Source: Acidobacteriota bacterium (lineage in GTDB: Bacteria; Acidobacteriota; Aminicenantia; Aminicenantales; Saccharicenantaceae). From it: a stretch of DNA of 64,000 nucleotides. Position 1 is the first letter of the stretch. Each line of letters opens with the position of its first letter. The notes under the pieces are model-generated. The model was not told the origin of the DNA and did not search any database. It worked only from the letters and a program-made list of their open reading frames with translations. This document shows, one piece after another, positions 35,209 through 44,694 of the stretch. The position numbers were made by a program, and so were the translations under genes. The stretch is from contig JAKQUO010000032.1 of NCBI GenBank assembly GCA_029569255.1, forward strand, positions 11,160-75,159, written 5' to 3'.

Positions 35209-35601
35209 TCATCGCCTCTGCGTTGGGCCCTCCTTTCGTTCGGCCTCACAGACCCGGCCGCGGATGTTCTTTCGGACACAGGCCTCGAGCTTCCGGCGAT
35301 CCCCGGCCCGAAGGCCCGAATCCCGCCGGCGCAGCCGCTCGAGGCCGGCGAAGAGCCCGTCGACGAAGGCGCGCGAGCGCGCCGGGATGCGGTAGATCAT
35401 CCAGCGCCCGCGCCGGAGATCCTCGGCCAGACCGGCCTCGCGGAGGATCCGCATGTGGCGCGACACCCTCGATTGCCCCATCTTGAGGATATAAGTCAGC
35501 TCGCAGACGCAGAGCTCGCGCACGCCCAGGAGGAGCAGGACCCGCAGCCGGGTCGGGTCGGCCAGCGCCTTGAAGACCTTGACCGTATCGTTCATGGGCA
35601 T
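35209..35601 (-). CDS. arsR: ArsR family metalloregulator
   Basis: FKALADPTRLRVLLLL...ELCVCEL (As(III)-binding CVC motif). Confidence 0.85.
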   Translation of the reverse strand: MPMNDTVKVFKALADPTRLRVLLLLGVRELCVCELTYILKMGQSRVSRHMRILREAGLAEDLRRGRWMIYRIPARSRAFVDGLFAGLERLRRRDSGLRAGDRRKLEACVRKNIRGRVCEAERKEGPTQRR

Positions 35602-35627
35602 TGGACGATAGCGCTCATCGCATCAAC

Positions 35628-35647
35628 ATATGAAGATATATTCATAT
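35628..35647. promoter_or_regulatory. imperfect palindrome ATATGAA-N6-TTCATAT, candidate ArsR operator
   Basis: AT-rich dyad 27 nt upstream of the arsR ATG, preceded by TTGACG. Confidence 0.4.
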
Positions 35648-35753
35648 ATCATTCCGGCGCTCCCGTCAAGGCCGGGATGGGGTCCGGCCCGCTTTTTGTC
35701 CGGAATCGAGCAACCGCCCGCCTTCTGCCGCAAAAGGCGGGTTCGATCCCCTC

Positions 35754-37346
35754 TTATCCTTCGGCGAGGAGGCGCTTCTGGGCTTTTTTCTCGGCGTACG
35801 GCCGCGGGACATAGACGCTTTCCCCGGTGAAGGGGTCGAGGCCCGTGTGGTACATGCAGGTCGAGCGGGTCATGGGCGTCGGGGTGAAGATCTGGACGCC
35901 CTCGACCGGCTTCTCCCCGCTCCGCTCGAGGGCCCGGACGTAGCCGGCCAGCTCGCGCGCGTCCTTGTCCGTCGTGCCCGGGTGGGCGACCATGAAGTAG
36001 TACTTGAGGTGCTGGAGGCGCCCCCGTCGCCCGGACTCCGCCGCGCCCTTGCCCGGCCCTCCGGTCCTCTCCCCCGCCGCCTCGGCGAAGAGCCGGCGGA
36101 ACTCGTCGAGCGCCCTCCGGCCGCCGCCTTTGTTCATCAACCGCAGGACCTTGTCGGAGACGTGCTCGGGCGCGATCTTGAGCAGGCCGCTCACGTGATG
36201 ACGGACGAGCTCGCGGACGTAATCGGGGCATTCGACGGCCAGGTCGTAGCGGATGCCGCTGCGGACGAAGACCTTCTTGACCCCCGGCACCTTGCGCGCG
36301 GCCCGCATCAGGGCCAGGAGGCGGCGGTGGGCCCCCGCGACGTGCGCCCCGTCCAGCCCGTACATGTTGGCCGTCGGGCCGCCGAGGTCGTCGACGAAGC
36401 CCTTCCACTCGGGGTGCTTCGTCATCCGCCGGACCTCCTCGAGGATGGAGGCTTCGCTGCGCGAGACGATGCGCTCGCCCTGGTGGAGCGACAGGGCGCA
36501 GAACGAGCACCGGCCGACGCAGCCGCGGTGGGTCTGGACCGAGAAGCGGGCCATGCCCAGCTCGGGGAAGCCCTCGGGGATGCGCCGGGTGAAGGGCAGG
36601 CCGTAGACGCGGTCGAGGTCGGCCGGCGCGGTGTCGGGCGCGGGATACTGGACGACGAAGCGGTTGGCGTGCCTCTGGGCGATCGTCTTCCTCGTCGTCA
36701 GTTTCTTCTGGGCCGCGGCGAACCCGGCCTTATCGTCGCGGGCCTCCTCGTACGACGGGATGACGAGCGCCCCGGCCGGCGGCTCGGCCCGGATGACGGC
36801 CGTGCCGCGGATCCCGTCGAGCGGTTCGCCGCGCGCGAGGCGGCGGGCGATCCCGACGGCCTGGAGCTCGCCGGGGCCGTAGACCAGGATGTCGGCCCGG
36901 GCGTCGAGAAGGATGGAGCGGCGGACGTCGTCGCCCCAGTAGTCGTAGTGGGCGAAGCGGCGCAGCGAGGCCTCGATGCCGCCGAGGACGACGGGGACGC
37001 CCTTGTGGAGCTCGCGGAGGCGGTTGGCGTAGACGATGACGGCCCGGTCGGGCATCCGCGACTTGAAGGGGGCGTTGGGGTCGACGGCCCGCTCGCGCTT
37101 GAGCGGGGTGTAGTTGACGAGCATGGAGTCGATGGAGCCCGAGGTGACCCCGAAGAAGAGCCGCGGCCGCCCCAGCTTCAGGAAATCGTCCTTGCCCTTC
37201 CAGTCGGGACACTCGATGACGCCCACGGCCAGGCCCTCGGCGTCAAGGACCCGGGCGATCATGCCGACGGGCGAGAGGGGGTGGTCGGCGTAGGGCTCGC
37301 CGCTGACCAGGACGACGTCGAACCCCGAGCCCTCCAGCGCGATCAT
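35754..37346 (-). CDS. ygiQ: YgiQ family radical SAM protein (UPF0313)
   Basis: 530 aa; VVLVSGEPYADHP N-terminus; HRGCVGRCSFCAL radical-SAM motif. Confidence 0.85.
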   Translation of the reverse strand: MIALEGSGFDVVLVSGEPYADHPLSPVGMIARVLDAEGLAVGVIECPDWKGKDDFLKLGRPRLFFGVTSGSIDSMLVNYTPLKRERAVDPNAPFKSRMPDRAVIVYANRLRELHKGVPVVLGGIEASLRRFAHYDYWGDDVRRSILLDARADILVYGPGELQAVGIARRLARGEPLDGIRGTAVIRAEPPAGALVIPSYEEARDDKAGFAAAQKKLTTRKTIAQRHANRFVVQYPAPDTAPADLDRVYGLPFTRRIPEGFPELGMARFSVQTHRGCVGRCSFCALSLHQGERIVSRSEASILEEVRRMTKHPEWKGFVDDLGGPTANMYGLDGAHVAGAHRRLLALMRAARKVPGVKKVFVRSGIRYDLAVECPDYVRELVRHHVSGLLKIAPEHVSDKVLRLMNKGGGRRALDEFRRLFAEAAGERTGGPGKGAAESGRRGRLQHLKYYFMVAHPGTTDKDARELAGYVRALERSGEKPVEGVQIFTPTPMTRSTCMYHTGLDPFTGESVYVPRPYAEKKAQKRLLAEG

Positions 37347-37365
37347 CGCCTTATTCTACAAAATC

Positions 37366-37473
37366 GGGGACACAATACCTATTCGCCAATTTCGCTCGGA
37401 CCTCTCTCCGTCAGAGCCGGGCAACGGGAGAGAACGTGGGCCTGAAAAAATGGGGAATGAGTATTGTGCCCCC
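37366..37473. repeat. 108-bp palindromic element, long form of the GGGGACA family
   Basis: arms GGGGACACAATACCTATTC / GAATGAGTATTGTGCCCCC (16/19 complementary). Lies between the MFS stop and the ygiQ start; left arm is similar to the element at 47785. Confidence 0.75.
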
Positions 37474-37476
37474 GTA

Positions 37477-38595
37477 TTAATCGCGGGGCACGGCGTAGAG
37501 GCCGAAGGCGGCGTTGGCCAGGAGGATGGCCCCGGCGACGACCATGGGGACGTGGAGCCCGGCCCGGAAGCCGAGCGAGGCGAAGACGAGCGAGCCGGCC
37601 ATGTGGCCCGTCGTCTGGAGGGCCGTCAGGATGCCGGCGCTGCCGCCGACGGTCCGCTTCTCGAAGAGCTCGGAGATGGTCAGGACCGCGAACGCGCCCA
37701 TCAGCCCGTCGCCGCCCTCGTGGATGAAGCGGAACAGGAACGACAGCCGGACGTCGCCGACCGTCATCAGCGCGAGCCCGGCCCCGGACAGGACCATCCC
37801 CAGGAGGAACAGGCGGCGGTTGCGGACGGGGTCGTATCTCAGCCGCCCGACGAGGAAGGCGGCCCCGGCCAGCGCCATGTAGGCCCCGGCCATGTAGAGC
37901 GCGACGCCCGAGTCGCTCAACCCGAACCGGCCCCGGAGGAAGGGCCCGTAGACGGTCCCCTCCGTCCCCCAATGGAGGGCCAGCAGGACCAGGAAGGCCG
38001 AGAACAGGAGCGTCCGCCGGTTGAATATGCCGAACCTGTAATCGCGGAAGGAGACGGCCGCGAACTTTTCCTCCCCGAGGCCGGGCACGGCCAGGGCGGC
38101 CAGGGCCGTCAGCGCGGCCATGGCCCGGAGCAGGACGTCGAGGCCCGCGCTCCGCATCAGCAGGCTGCCCAGAACGAGGCCCGTCGGAGGGCCGAGCGAG
38201 AGCCAACCGACGAACCGGCCGTACTTCCGGTTCGGGTCGCCCGGCGCGTCGTGCTTGTAGTACAGGCTGCAGATGGAGACGTTGACGGCGCTGTTGGCCA
38301 CGCCGAGGAGGAGGAAGGCGGCGGCCATGGGCACGACGGTCCGGGCCGCGCTCACCGCGACCAGGAGCCCGGCCATCGCCAGCAGCCCCCCGACGATGAC
38401 GGTCTTCATCGAGAGGCGGTCGTTGGCCCAGCCGGTCGGGAAGGAGAAGACGATGGGCGCCGAGGCCAGGAGGGCGACGATGATCCCGATCCCGACGCCG
38501 TCGAAGCCGAGCTCGATGAACCGGAACGGGGCCAGGAAGACGACGGTCGTGACGGCCATCGTCCGGACGAAATTGACGGCGTGCACGCGGCGCAT
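37477..38595 (-). CDS. MFS transporter
   Basis: 372 aa, ~12 hydrophobic helices; WANDRLSMK motif-A-like loop. Confidence 0.75.
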   Translation of the reverse strand: MRRVHAVNFVRTMAVTTVVFLAPFRFIELGFDGVGIGIIVALLASAPIVFSFPTGWANDRLSMKTVIVGGLLAMAGLLVAVSAARTVVPMAAAFLLLGVANSAVNVSICSLYYKHDAPGDPNRKYGRFVGWLSLGPPTGLVLGSLLMRSAGLDVLLRAMAALTALAALAVPGLGEEKFAAVSFRDYRFGIFNRRTLLFSAFLVLLALHWGTEGTVYGPFLRGRFGLSDSGVALYMAGAYMALAGAAFLVGRLRYDPVRNRRLFLLGMVLSGAGLALMTVGDVRLSFLFRFIHEGGDGLMGAFAVLTISELFEKRTVGGSAGILTALQTTGHMAGSLVFASLGFRAGLHVPMVVAGAILLANAAFGLYAVPRD

Positions 38596-38663
38596 GAATT
38601 TTCCGTTCCAAACGTCAGCAGCGGGAAGGAAATGAGGAAACAGGTATCATGTCCCCCATTCAA

Positions 38664-39629
38664 CTATTTCTTCTTCAGGTCGACGTTGCCGCTGAAGCTC
38701 TTGAGGACGACCGTCGCGCCGCCCTTGCCGACCGTGCCGCGGATCTCCTTGCTCGAGAGCTTGCCGCCAGTCGTGATCTCGAAATCGGCGTCGATCGTTC
38801 CGCTGTAGGTGTTGGCCTCGAGATCGAACCCGGTCCCGGCCGGGATGGCCATACGGACGTCGCCGCTGTAGGTCTTGAACTCGTAGCGGCCGCCTGCCTC
38901 GAGGCTGCCGGCGTAGGTGACGTCGCCGCTGACGGTCTTGACGTCGACCGTCCGGGCCTCGGCGACGTCCAGGAGGCCGATGTCCCCGCTCACGGCGTCG
39001 GCCGCGATCGAGCCCCGGATCTTCCTGACGACGATGTCGCCGGACACGGCCTTGATGAACGCGTCGCCGGCGATGACCCCCGCCACGAGGTCGCCGCTGA
39101 CGAGCTTGATCTCGGCCCCGGCCGCTCCGCCGAGGGTGACGTCGCCGCTGACGCTGTCGATCTTGACCTTCCCGCCCAGGTCCGCGACGGCGACGTCGCC
39201 GCTCACCGACCTGACGTCGACGGCCGCCCGGTCCGGGACCCAGACCTTGTAGGCCACGGAGACGCTGATCCTGTCGCCGCCCCAGAAGCCGCCGCCGCCC
39301 TTGGGGTATTTCGTCTCGACGCGGACGGCGTCGCCGTCCTTGGTCACCTCGATGGCCACCTTGGCCGCGTTCTCCTTGGCCTTCTCGAGGCTGGCCGCTT
39401 TCGAGGTCTTGACGGCCTCGATCTTGACCTGGGCGTCCTTCCAGACCGCGATCTCGATGTCGCCCGCGACGTTGCTCAGGTAGAACGCGCCGGTCTTGGC
39501 CAGCGCCTCGGTCCTGGCGAACTTCTCCTGGTATCTCTCCTCGGCCGGGGCCGGCGCCGCGGCGAAGGCGGCGACGAAGGCCAGCCCGGCCAGGCCCGTC
39601 ATGCAGGCCCGCGCTCGCTTCGTTCTCAT
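38664..39629 (-). CDS. DUF4097 (LiaG-like putative adhesin / beta-helix) protein, secreted
   Basis: signal peptide; repeated (V/I)SGD(V/I) strands throughout. Confidence 0.7.
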   Translation of the reverse strand: MRTKRARACMTGLAGLAFVAAFAAAPAPAEERYQEKFARTEALAKTGAFYLSNVAGDIEIAVWKDAQVKIEAVKTSKAASLEKAKENAAKVAIEVTKDGDAVRVETKYPKGGGGFWGGDRISVSVAYKVWVPDRAAVDVRSVSGDVAVADLGGKVKIDSVSGDVTLGGAAGAEIKLVSGDLVAGVIAGDAFIKAVSGDIVVRKIRGSIAADAVSGDIGLLDVAEARTVDVKTVSGDVTYAGSLEAGGRYEFKTYSGDVRMAIPAGTGFDLEANTYSGTIDADFEITTGGKLSSKEIRGTVGKGGATVVLKSFSGNVDLKKK

Positions 39630-39660
39630 GAGGTTCCTCCTTGTCTCGCTTCTCGTCCCG

Positions 39661-40380
39661 TCAGATGACCGCCCCCGCGCCCGCCGGCCCCCGGTCCCTC
39701 CGCTGGAGGTCCAGGGCCGAATCGAGCAGGCCGACCTTCTTGGCGTAGGCGGCCATCAAATAATTCCGGGCCTCGAGGTCGTCCGGCCCGTCCAGGACGG
39801 CCGCCCGGCAGGCCTGGATCGTGGCGTCGATGACCGCGAGGTTCCGCTCGAAAAGCTCCGCGACCTCGGGGGGCAGCGCCCCCTTCCCGGCCGCGAACGC
39901 CTCGCCCAGCGATCTGATGGCCTGCTCGTAGTGTCCCTCCGCCTCGTCGAGCTTGGCCAGCGTGTACGCCTCCCGGGCCTCGGGCGTCATCCGTGCCTCT
40001 CGCGCGTCCCGGCGCCCCAGCCGGCCGCCGACGACGATCCCGGACGCGACGAGGGCCAGGGCCAGCGCAACCGCGCCCGCGTACCGGAGCGTCGCCGGGC
40101 CCGGCCCGAAGAGCGGTCTCCGGTCGATCCTGGCGCCTTCGGCCGACAGCCGCGGCCTCCCGGCCGCCTCGAGCCCGGCCCGGATGCCGCGCCAGACCCT
40201 GTCGGACGGCTCGGGCGCGGCCAGCCCCGGCGCCTCCCCGAGGATCTTCCGCATGTCCTCGGCGAAGGCCCGGCAGTCGTCGCATCCCGCGAAATGGCGC
40301 CCGAGACGGGCGGCCCGGCGCGCCTCGAGCTCGCCGTCGACCGACCGGCTGATCCATTCCCGGGCTTTGCGGCATCTCAT
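39661..40380 (-). CDS. anti-sigma factor (zf-HC2 type) with one TM helix
   Basis: MRCRKAREWISRSVDGEL...HFAGCDDCRAF zinc-finger motif; immediately downstream of the ECF sigma gene. Confidence 0.7.
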   Translation of the reverse strand: MRCRKAREWISRSVDGELEARRAARLGRHFAGCDDCRAFAEDMRKILGEAPGLAAPEPSDRVWRGIRAGLEAAGRPRLSAEGARIDRRPLFGPGPATLRYAGAVALALALVASGIVVGGRLGRRDAREARMTPEAREAYTLAKLDEAEGHYEQAIRSLGEAFAAGKGALPPEVAELFERNLAVIDATIQACRAAVLDGPDDLEARNYLMAAYAKKVGLLDSALDLQRRDRGPAGAGAVI

Positions 40381-40392
40381 CGTCGTTCTCCC

Positions 40393-41085
40393 TCAGACGG
40401 CCCCCTTGGCCCGCAGGAACGCCCGGACCCTGGTCCGGGCCTTGAACAGCTGCGATTTCGACGTCCCGACGGCGCAGCCGAGCGCCCGGGCGATTTCCTC
40501 GTGCTTGAAGCCCTGGACGTCGTGGAGCACGAAGACGCTCCTGAGGCGCGGGGCCAGGGCCTGGATGGCCTCCTCGAGCGGCCCCTGGAGGTCCCGTTCG
40601 ACCGGGGCGCTCGTCCGGTCCTCGATCCGCCCCTCGAGCTCTTCGAGCGGGACGCATCTCGCCGCCTGGGCCCGCTTCTGGCGCAGGTGGCTGTAGGCGG
40701 TGTTGACGGCGATCCGGAACACCCACCCCCGGAAGGTCGTCCCCCCGCGCACCCGGCTCATGTTCCCGAAGACCTTCAGGAAGACGTCCTGGAGGAGGTC
40801 CTCGGCGACGGCCCGATTCTGGGCGTATCTGTAGAGGAGGCCGAAGACCGGCCCCTTGAACATGCCGTAGATCGACTCCATGGCCGCGAGGTCGCCCTCC
40901 CGGCCGCGCCGGACGAGCTCCTCCAGGCGGGCTTCATCGTCAGTCCCCCGGACGGACCCCCTCCCCCGCTCGCGTTCCACGGCTAGGCCGGCCTCCGGAA
41001 AGCGCCCGAAATCGTCACGGAGGGTATTATCGCCGATTCGGCCGGGGACCGCCAGGAGGAGGCCGCAGGCGCTCATCTCGTTCAC
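40393..41085 (-). CDS. ECF (sigma-70 family group 4) RNA polymerase sigma factor; start uncertain
   Basis: region 2 AEDLLQDVFLKVF...WVFRIAVNTAYSHLR and region 4 FVLHDVQGFKHEEIARALGCAVGTSKSQL. Confidence 0.8.
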   Translation of the reverse strand: MNEMSACGLLLAVPGRIGDNTLRDDFGRFPEAGLAVERERGRGSVRGTDDEARLEELVRRGREGDLAAMESIYGMFKGPVFGLLYRYAQNRAVAEDLLQDVFLKVFGNMSRVRGGTTFRGWVFRIAVNTAYSHLRQKRAQAARCVPLEELEGRIEDRTSAPVERDLQGPLEEAIQALAPRLRSVFVLHDVQGFKHEEIARALGCAVGTSKSQLFKARTRVRAFLRAKGAV

Positions 41086-41140
41086 ACCGGTATAGATGGG
41101 ATCAGGGGGGCAAAGGTTGCCCGGCCAGGGACCCGAGTCC

Positions 41141-42355
41141 CTACTCCCCGTTGTCGGCCTCGACCGCGTCCCGAAGCCTGTCCAGGAAGCCCGGGACGGC
41201 CGAGGCGACCCGGTTCCAGCTCGGGATCAGGGGGGAATAGAGAGGGTCGTCCATGAACGCTTCGCCCGCGATCCGGAGGGCCCGGGTGAAGGCCTCGACC
41301 ATGACCGTCTCCTGGTGGTAGTCGAAGACCAGGCCGTTGAAGTCGGCGTCGTCGCGGTGGCGCTTGACGGCGTCCTTGGCCGTGCGCTGGAAGTTGATGA
41401 TCAAGGTCCGCAGGGCGCTGTCGCTGAGGACGACGCTCTCTATGGCCAGGTTGCGGAAGACCGACTTGGCGATGTCCACGGCCATCTTCATCAGGCCGGT
41501 CCGGGGGTCCTCGGCCGACAGGGGCTGGTGCTTGTGCTCGTAGGTCTCGCAGATCTCGGCCTGGCAGATCCGCCGCAGGGAATAGTTCCGGTAGACCTCG
41601 GCCAGGGTCTCGACCTCGAGGCCCCAGTCGCCGGGGATGCGGTTCATCCGGGCGAGATCGGTGATCATGGCGAACTCGCCGGCCAGGGCGTAGCGGAAGC
41701 TGTCGAGGTAAACGAGGAACGGCAGGTGCCCGAACAGCTTGATCAGGCTGCGGACGAGCGGGGTGACGAAGAGCCGGGTCACCCGGCCGTGCATCCGGTC
41801 CGTCACCCGGGCGTAGTAGCCCTTGCAGAAGGCGTAGTCGATGTGGGGCGAGGCCACGGGGTAGAAGAGCCGGCCGACCATCTCCCGCGAGTGGTTGACG
41901 ATGTCGCAGTCGTGGAGGCCGATGACCTTGCTCTGCTCGCGGGCCAGGATGTAGCCGTAGGCCGTCCAGGCCGAGCGGCCCTTGCCGTCCTCGCCGGCCG
42001 AGAGGGCGTTGGCCTCGAGAAGCCTGTAGAGCTCGAGGAAGCGCGGCCCGGAGGCCCAGATGACCCTGTGCCTCTGGGGCAGGACGGAGAAGAGCTTGCG
42101 CGCCTGGGCGAAGCGGGCCGGGTCGTCCGTCCGGCCCAAGGTGACGACGATCTCGTTGAGATAGGGGATGTCCTTGATGTTGTCCAGGATGCCCCGCAGG
42201 GCCGGCGCGTCGAGCTCCTTGGGCGTCGTGGGCAGGACCAGGGCGATGGGACGGTGCTTGTTGAACTTCGTGAGGTCGCCCTCCAGCCGCCCGATGTCCA
42301 GGCCGCCGAGCCGGTGGAAGGTCGCCAGCACGCCGGTCTGATAGAAATCGGCCAT
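41141..42355 (-). CDS. glucosyl-/mannosyl-3-phosphoglycerate synthase-like glycosyltransferase
   Basis: 404 aa; retaining GT-A features (ALVLPT..., LHDCDI); adjacent to an MpgP-like phosphatase. Family call from memory only. Confidence 0.55.
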   Translation of the reverse strand: MADFYQTGVLATFHRLGGLDIGRLEGDLTKFNKHRPIALVLPTTPKELDAPALRGILDNIKDIPYLNEIVVTLGRTDDPARFAQARKLFSVLPQRHRVIWASGPRFLELYRLLEANALSAGEDGKGRSAWTAYGYILAREQSKVIGLHDCDIVNHSREMVGRLFYPVASPHIDYAFCKGYYARVTDRMHGRVTRLFVTPLVRSLIKLFGHLPFLVYLDSFRYALAGEFAMITDLARMNRIPGDWGLEVETLAEVYRNYSLRRICQAEICETYEHKHQPLSAEDPRTGLMKMAVDIAKSVFRNLAIESVVLSDSALRTLIINFQRTAKDAVKRHRDDADFNGLVFDYHQETVMVEAFTRALRIAGEAFMDDPLYSPLIPSWNRVASAVPGFLDRLRDAVEADNGE

Positions 42356-42407
42356 CGTGCCCTCCTTGACCGTCGATGTCCGGCCGGGCCCGCTCCGCCC
42401 GCGCGGG

Positions 42408-43226
42408 TCAGGCCCGGCCCTGAAGGAGCCCGAGGACGGCCTCTCGCCAGCCCTCGGGCCCCGCGTAGGGGGCGATGACGAGCTCCGGGAGGCCGGCCAT
42501 GTCGGCGTGCCCGCCGTCGGGCTTGCGGACGAGGACGGGGACGTCGACCTCCCGGAGCATGGTCTCGTCGTTGAGGCTGTCGCCGAGGCCGGCCGTCCGG
42601 ACCGGGCCGCGGCTCCGGGAGTAGAGGTCCCGGAGGGCCCGGACGGCGCGCCCCTTGTCGCTCCCGCCGACGAGGTGATGGAAGCGGCCGCCGCTCGCGA
42701 CCGTCAGCCCGGCCTTCCGCGCGGCCCGTTCGACCTCGGCCAGCGCCGGCCCGTCCGCGCCGACGAAAGGCTCGTCGTATTCCCGCATGGCCGCCAGGGC
42801 GGCGTCCTCGCGCGTGAAGCCGCAGCGCGCGGCGATCTCCTCGACCGCCATGTCGCCGAAGCCCCGCAGCGGCAGCCCGGACGCGGCCCGGATCCTCTCG
42901 AGCGCCTGCCGGAGGTCGGCGTAAGGCCGGCCGAACTCCAGCACCCCGTAGCCGCCGTCCCGCTTGTCGAAGCGCGCCGCGGCGCCGAAATACCCCTCCG
43001 GGACGAAGGCGGCCCCGCCGTTCTCGACGATGAAGGGGTGGACGTTGGCCAGGGCCCGGCGCCAGCGCTCGGTCTCGAGGCGGGTCTTGCTGGTGCAGAA
43101 GATCAGGGGGATGCCGGCCTCGAGCAGCGCCTCGAGCGCCGGCCGGGCCGGCTCGAAGGAATACGTGGCGTGCTCGAGCAGGGTCCCGTCGAGGTCGGTG
43201 AAGACGACCAAGCGGGTCCTTTCCAT
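42408..43226 (-). CDS. HAD-IIB phosphatase, mannosyl-3-phosphoglycerate phosphatase (MpgP/YedP)-like
   Basis: ATG at 43226; VVFTDLDGTLL, FCTSKT, GLGDSLND HAD motifs. Confidence 0.7.
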   Translation of the reverse strand: MERTRLVVFTDLDGTLLEHATYSFEPARPALEALLEAGIPLIFCTSKTRLETERWRRALANVHPFIVENGGAAFVPEGYFGAAARFDKRDGGYGVLEFGRPYADLRQALERIRAASGLPLRGFGDMAVEEIAARCGFTREDAALAAMREYDEPFVGADGPALAEVERAARKAGLTVASGGRFHHLVGGSDKGRAVRALRDLYSRSRGPVRTAGLGDSLNDETMLREVDVPVLVRKPDGGHADMAGLPELVIAPYAGPEGWREAVLGLLQGRA

Positions 43227-43386
43227 GTCGTTCTCCCTGCGTTTATCCCTGAACCGCGGGCGAAGGCGCGAGAAGGCCTTGGCTTCATGATAGAAGGCCG
43301 GGCCGGACTTGTCAAAGAAAAACGGCGCCGCGTTGATAATCCCCCGCCCCCGGGTATAATGAAACACGGGCCGCGGATCCCGGAGA

Positions 43387-44694
43387 ATGAGGGGCAAGAA
43401 GACGGACCTTCCGGAAGGCGTTCGGGCCAGGATCGCCGACATCCGAGAGGCGGATATCCTCGTCGGCATCCCGAGTTTCAACAGCGCCAAGACGATCGCC
43501 CACGTCGTCCAGGCCGTCGAGGCGGGCCTGTCCAAGTATTTCCCCGACCGCCGCTCTCTGCTCGTGAACTCCGACGGGGGGTCGTCCGACGGGACGGCGG
43601 AGGCCGTGCGGCAGGCCGGCGTCGATTTCGCCGCCGTCCTGCTCGACCACAGGAACAGGAGCGGCGGCTTCCACAAGCTCGTCACCCCCTACGACGGCAT
43701 TCCCGGCAAAGGCAGCGCCTTCCGGACGATCTTCGAGATCGCCCGGGCGCTCGAGGTCAAGGCCTGCGCCGTCGTGGATTCCGATCTGAGGAGCATCACG
43801 CCGGAATGGATCGAGCTGCTGATCAAGCCGGTCCTGGACGAAGGCTACGACTACGTGGCCCCCTACTATATGAGGCACAAGTACGACGGGACCATCACCA
43901 ACACGATCGTCTATCCTCTGACGCGGGCCCTTTACGGGAAGAGGATCCGCCAGCCGATCGGCGGGGATTTCGGCTTCTCGGGGCGGCTCGCGTCCTTCTA
44001 CCTCGGCAAGGACGTCTGGGAGACCGACGTGGCCCGCTTCGGCATCGATATCTGGATGACGACGACGGCGGTCGCCAACGGCTTCGGGATCTGCCAGGCC
44101 TTCCTCGGGGCGAAGATCCACGACGCCAAGGACCCCGGGGCCGACCTCAGCGCCATGCTCCATCAGGTGGTCGGCACCGTCTTCGGCCTCATGGAGGACT
44201 ACGCGGAGGTTTGGCGGACGGTCCGGGGGTCGGAGCCCGTCCCGACCCTCGGCTTCGCCTACTCCGTCGGCCTGGAAGCCATCAACGTCAATCTGGCCAA
44301 GATGCTGGGGAAGTTCCAGACGGGGGTCCGGGAGCTCGCCCCGCTCTACCGGTCGTTCCTGCCGGAGGACCTCCTGTCTTTCCTGGGCGATCTCGCCGGC
44401 CGGCCCCGCCGGTCCTTCGTCTATCCGGACCGCGAATGGGTCCGGACCCTGTTCCATTTCGCCTTGGCCTGCCGCCGGAGGGTCATGAGCCGTGAGCACA
44501 TCATCAGGTCCCTCACGCCCCTCTACCTCGGCAAGGTCGCTTCGTTCGTCATCGAAACGCGGGACAGCACGGCGGCCGAGGTCGAAGGGCGGCTCGAGGA
44601 GCTCTGCCTTTCCTTCGAACGGGAAAAAGGCCACTTGATCGAGAGGTGGGACGGGACCGACGGGGACCCGGTCCCGCCGAGGAGGTCGCCATGA
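43387..44694 (+). CDS. GT-A fold glycosyltransferase, specificity unknown
   Basis: ILVGIPSFNSAKTI...NSDGGSSDGT...VDSDL motifs; divergent from the synthase/phosphatase pair. Confidence 0.6.
   Translation: MRGKKTDLPEGVRARIADIREADILVGIPSFNSAKTIAHVVQAVEAGLSKYFPDRRSLLVNSDGGSSDGTAEAVRQAGVDFAAVLLDHRNRSGGFHKLVTPYDGIPGKGSAFRTIFEIARALEVKACAVVDSDLRSITPEWIELLIKPVLDEGYDYVAPYYMRHKYDGTITNTIVYPLTRALYGKRIRQPIGGDFGFSGRLASFYLGKDVWETDVARFGIDIWMTTTAVANGFGICQAFLGAKIHDAKDPGADLSAMLHQVVGTVFGLMEDYAEVWRTVRGSEPVPTLGFAYSVGLEAINVNLAKMLGKFQTGVRELAPLYRSFLPEDLLSFLGDLAGRPRRSFVYPDREWVRTLFHFALACRRRVMSREHIIRSLTPLYLGKVASFVIETRDSTAAEVEGRLEELCLSFEREKGHLIERWDGTDGDPVPPRRSP

Noticed and set aside
35701-35753. tRNA-like fragment (GGCGGGTTCGATCCCCTC resembles a T-arm) after the ygiQ stop, a possible att-site remnant next to the ars operon
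   Set aside because: I could not fold an acceptor or anticodon arm. The sequence is better explained as the 3' half of a terminator hairpin (CCGCCTT...AAGGCGG).
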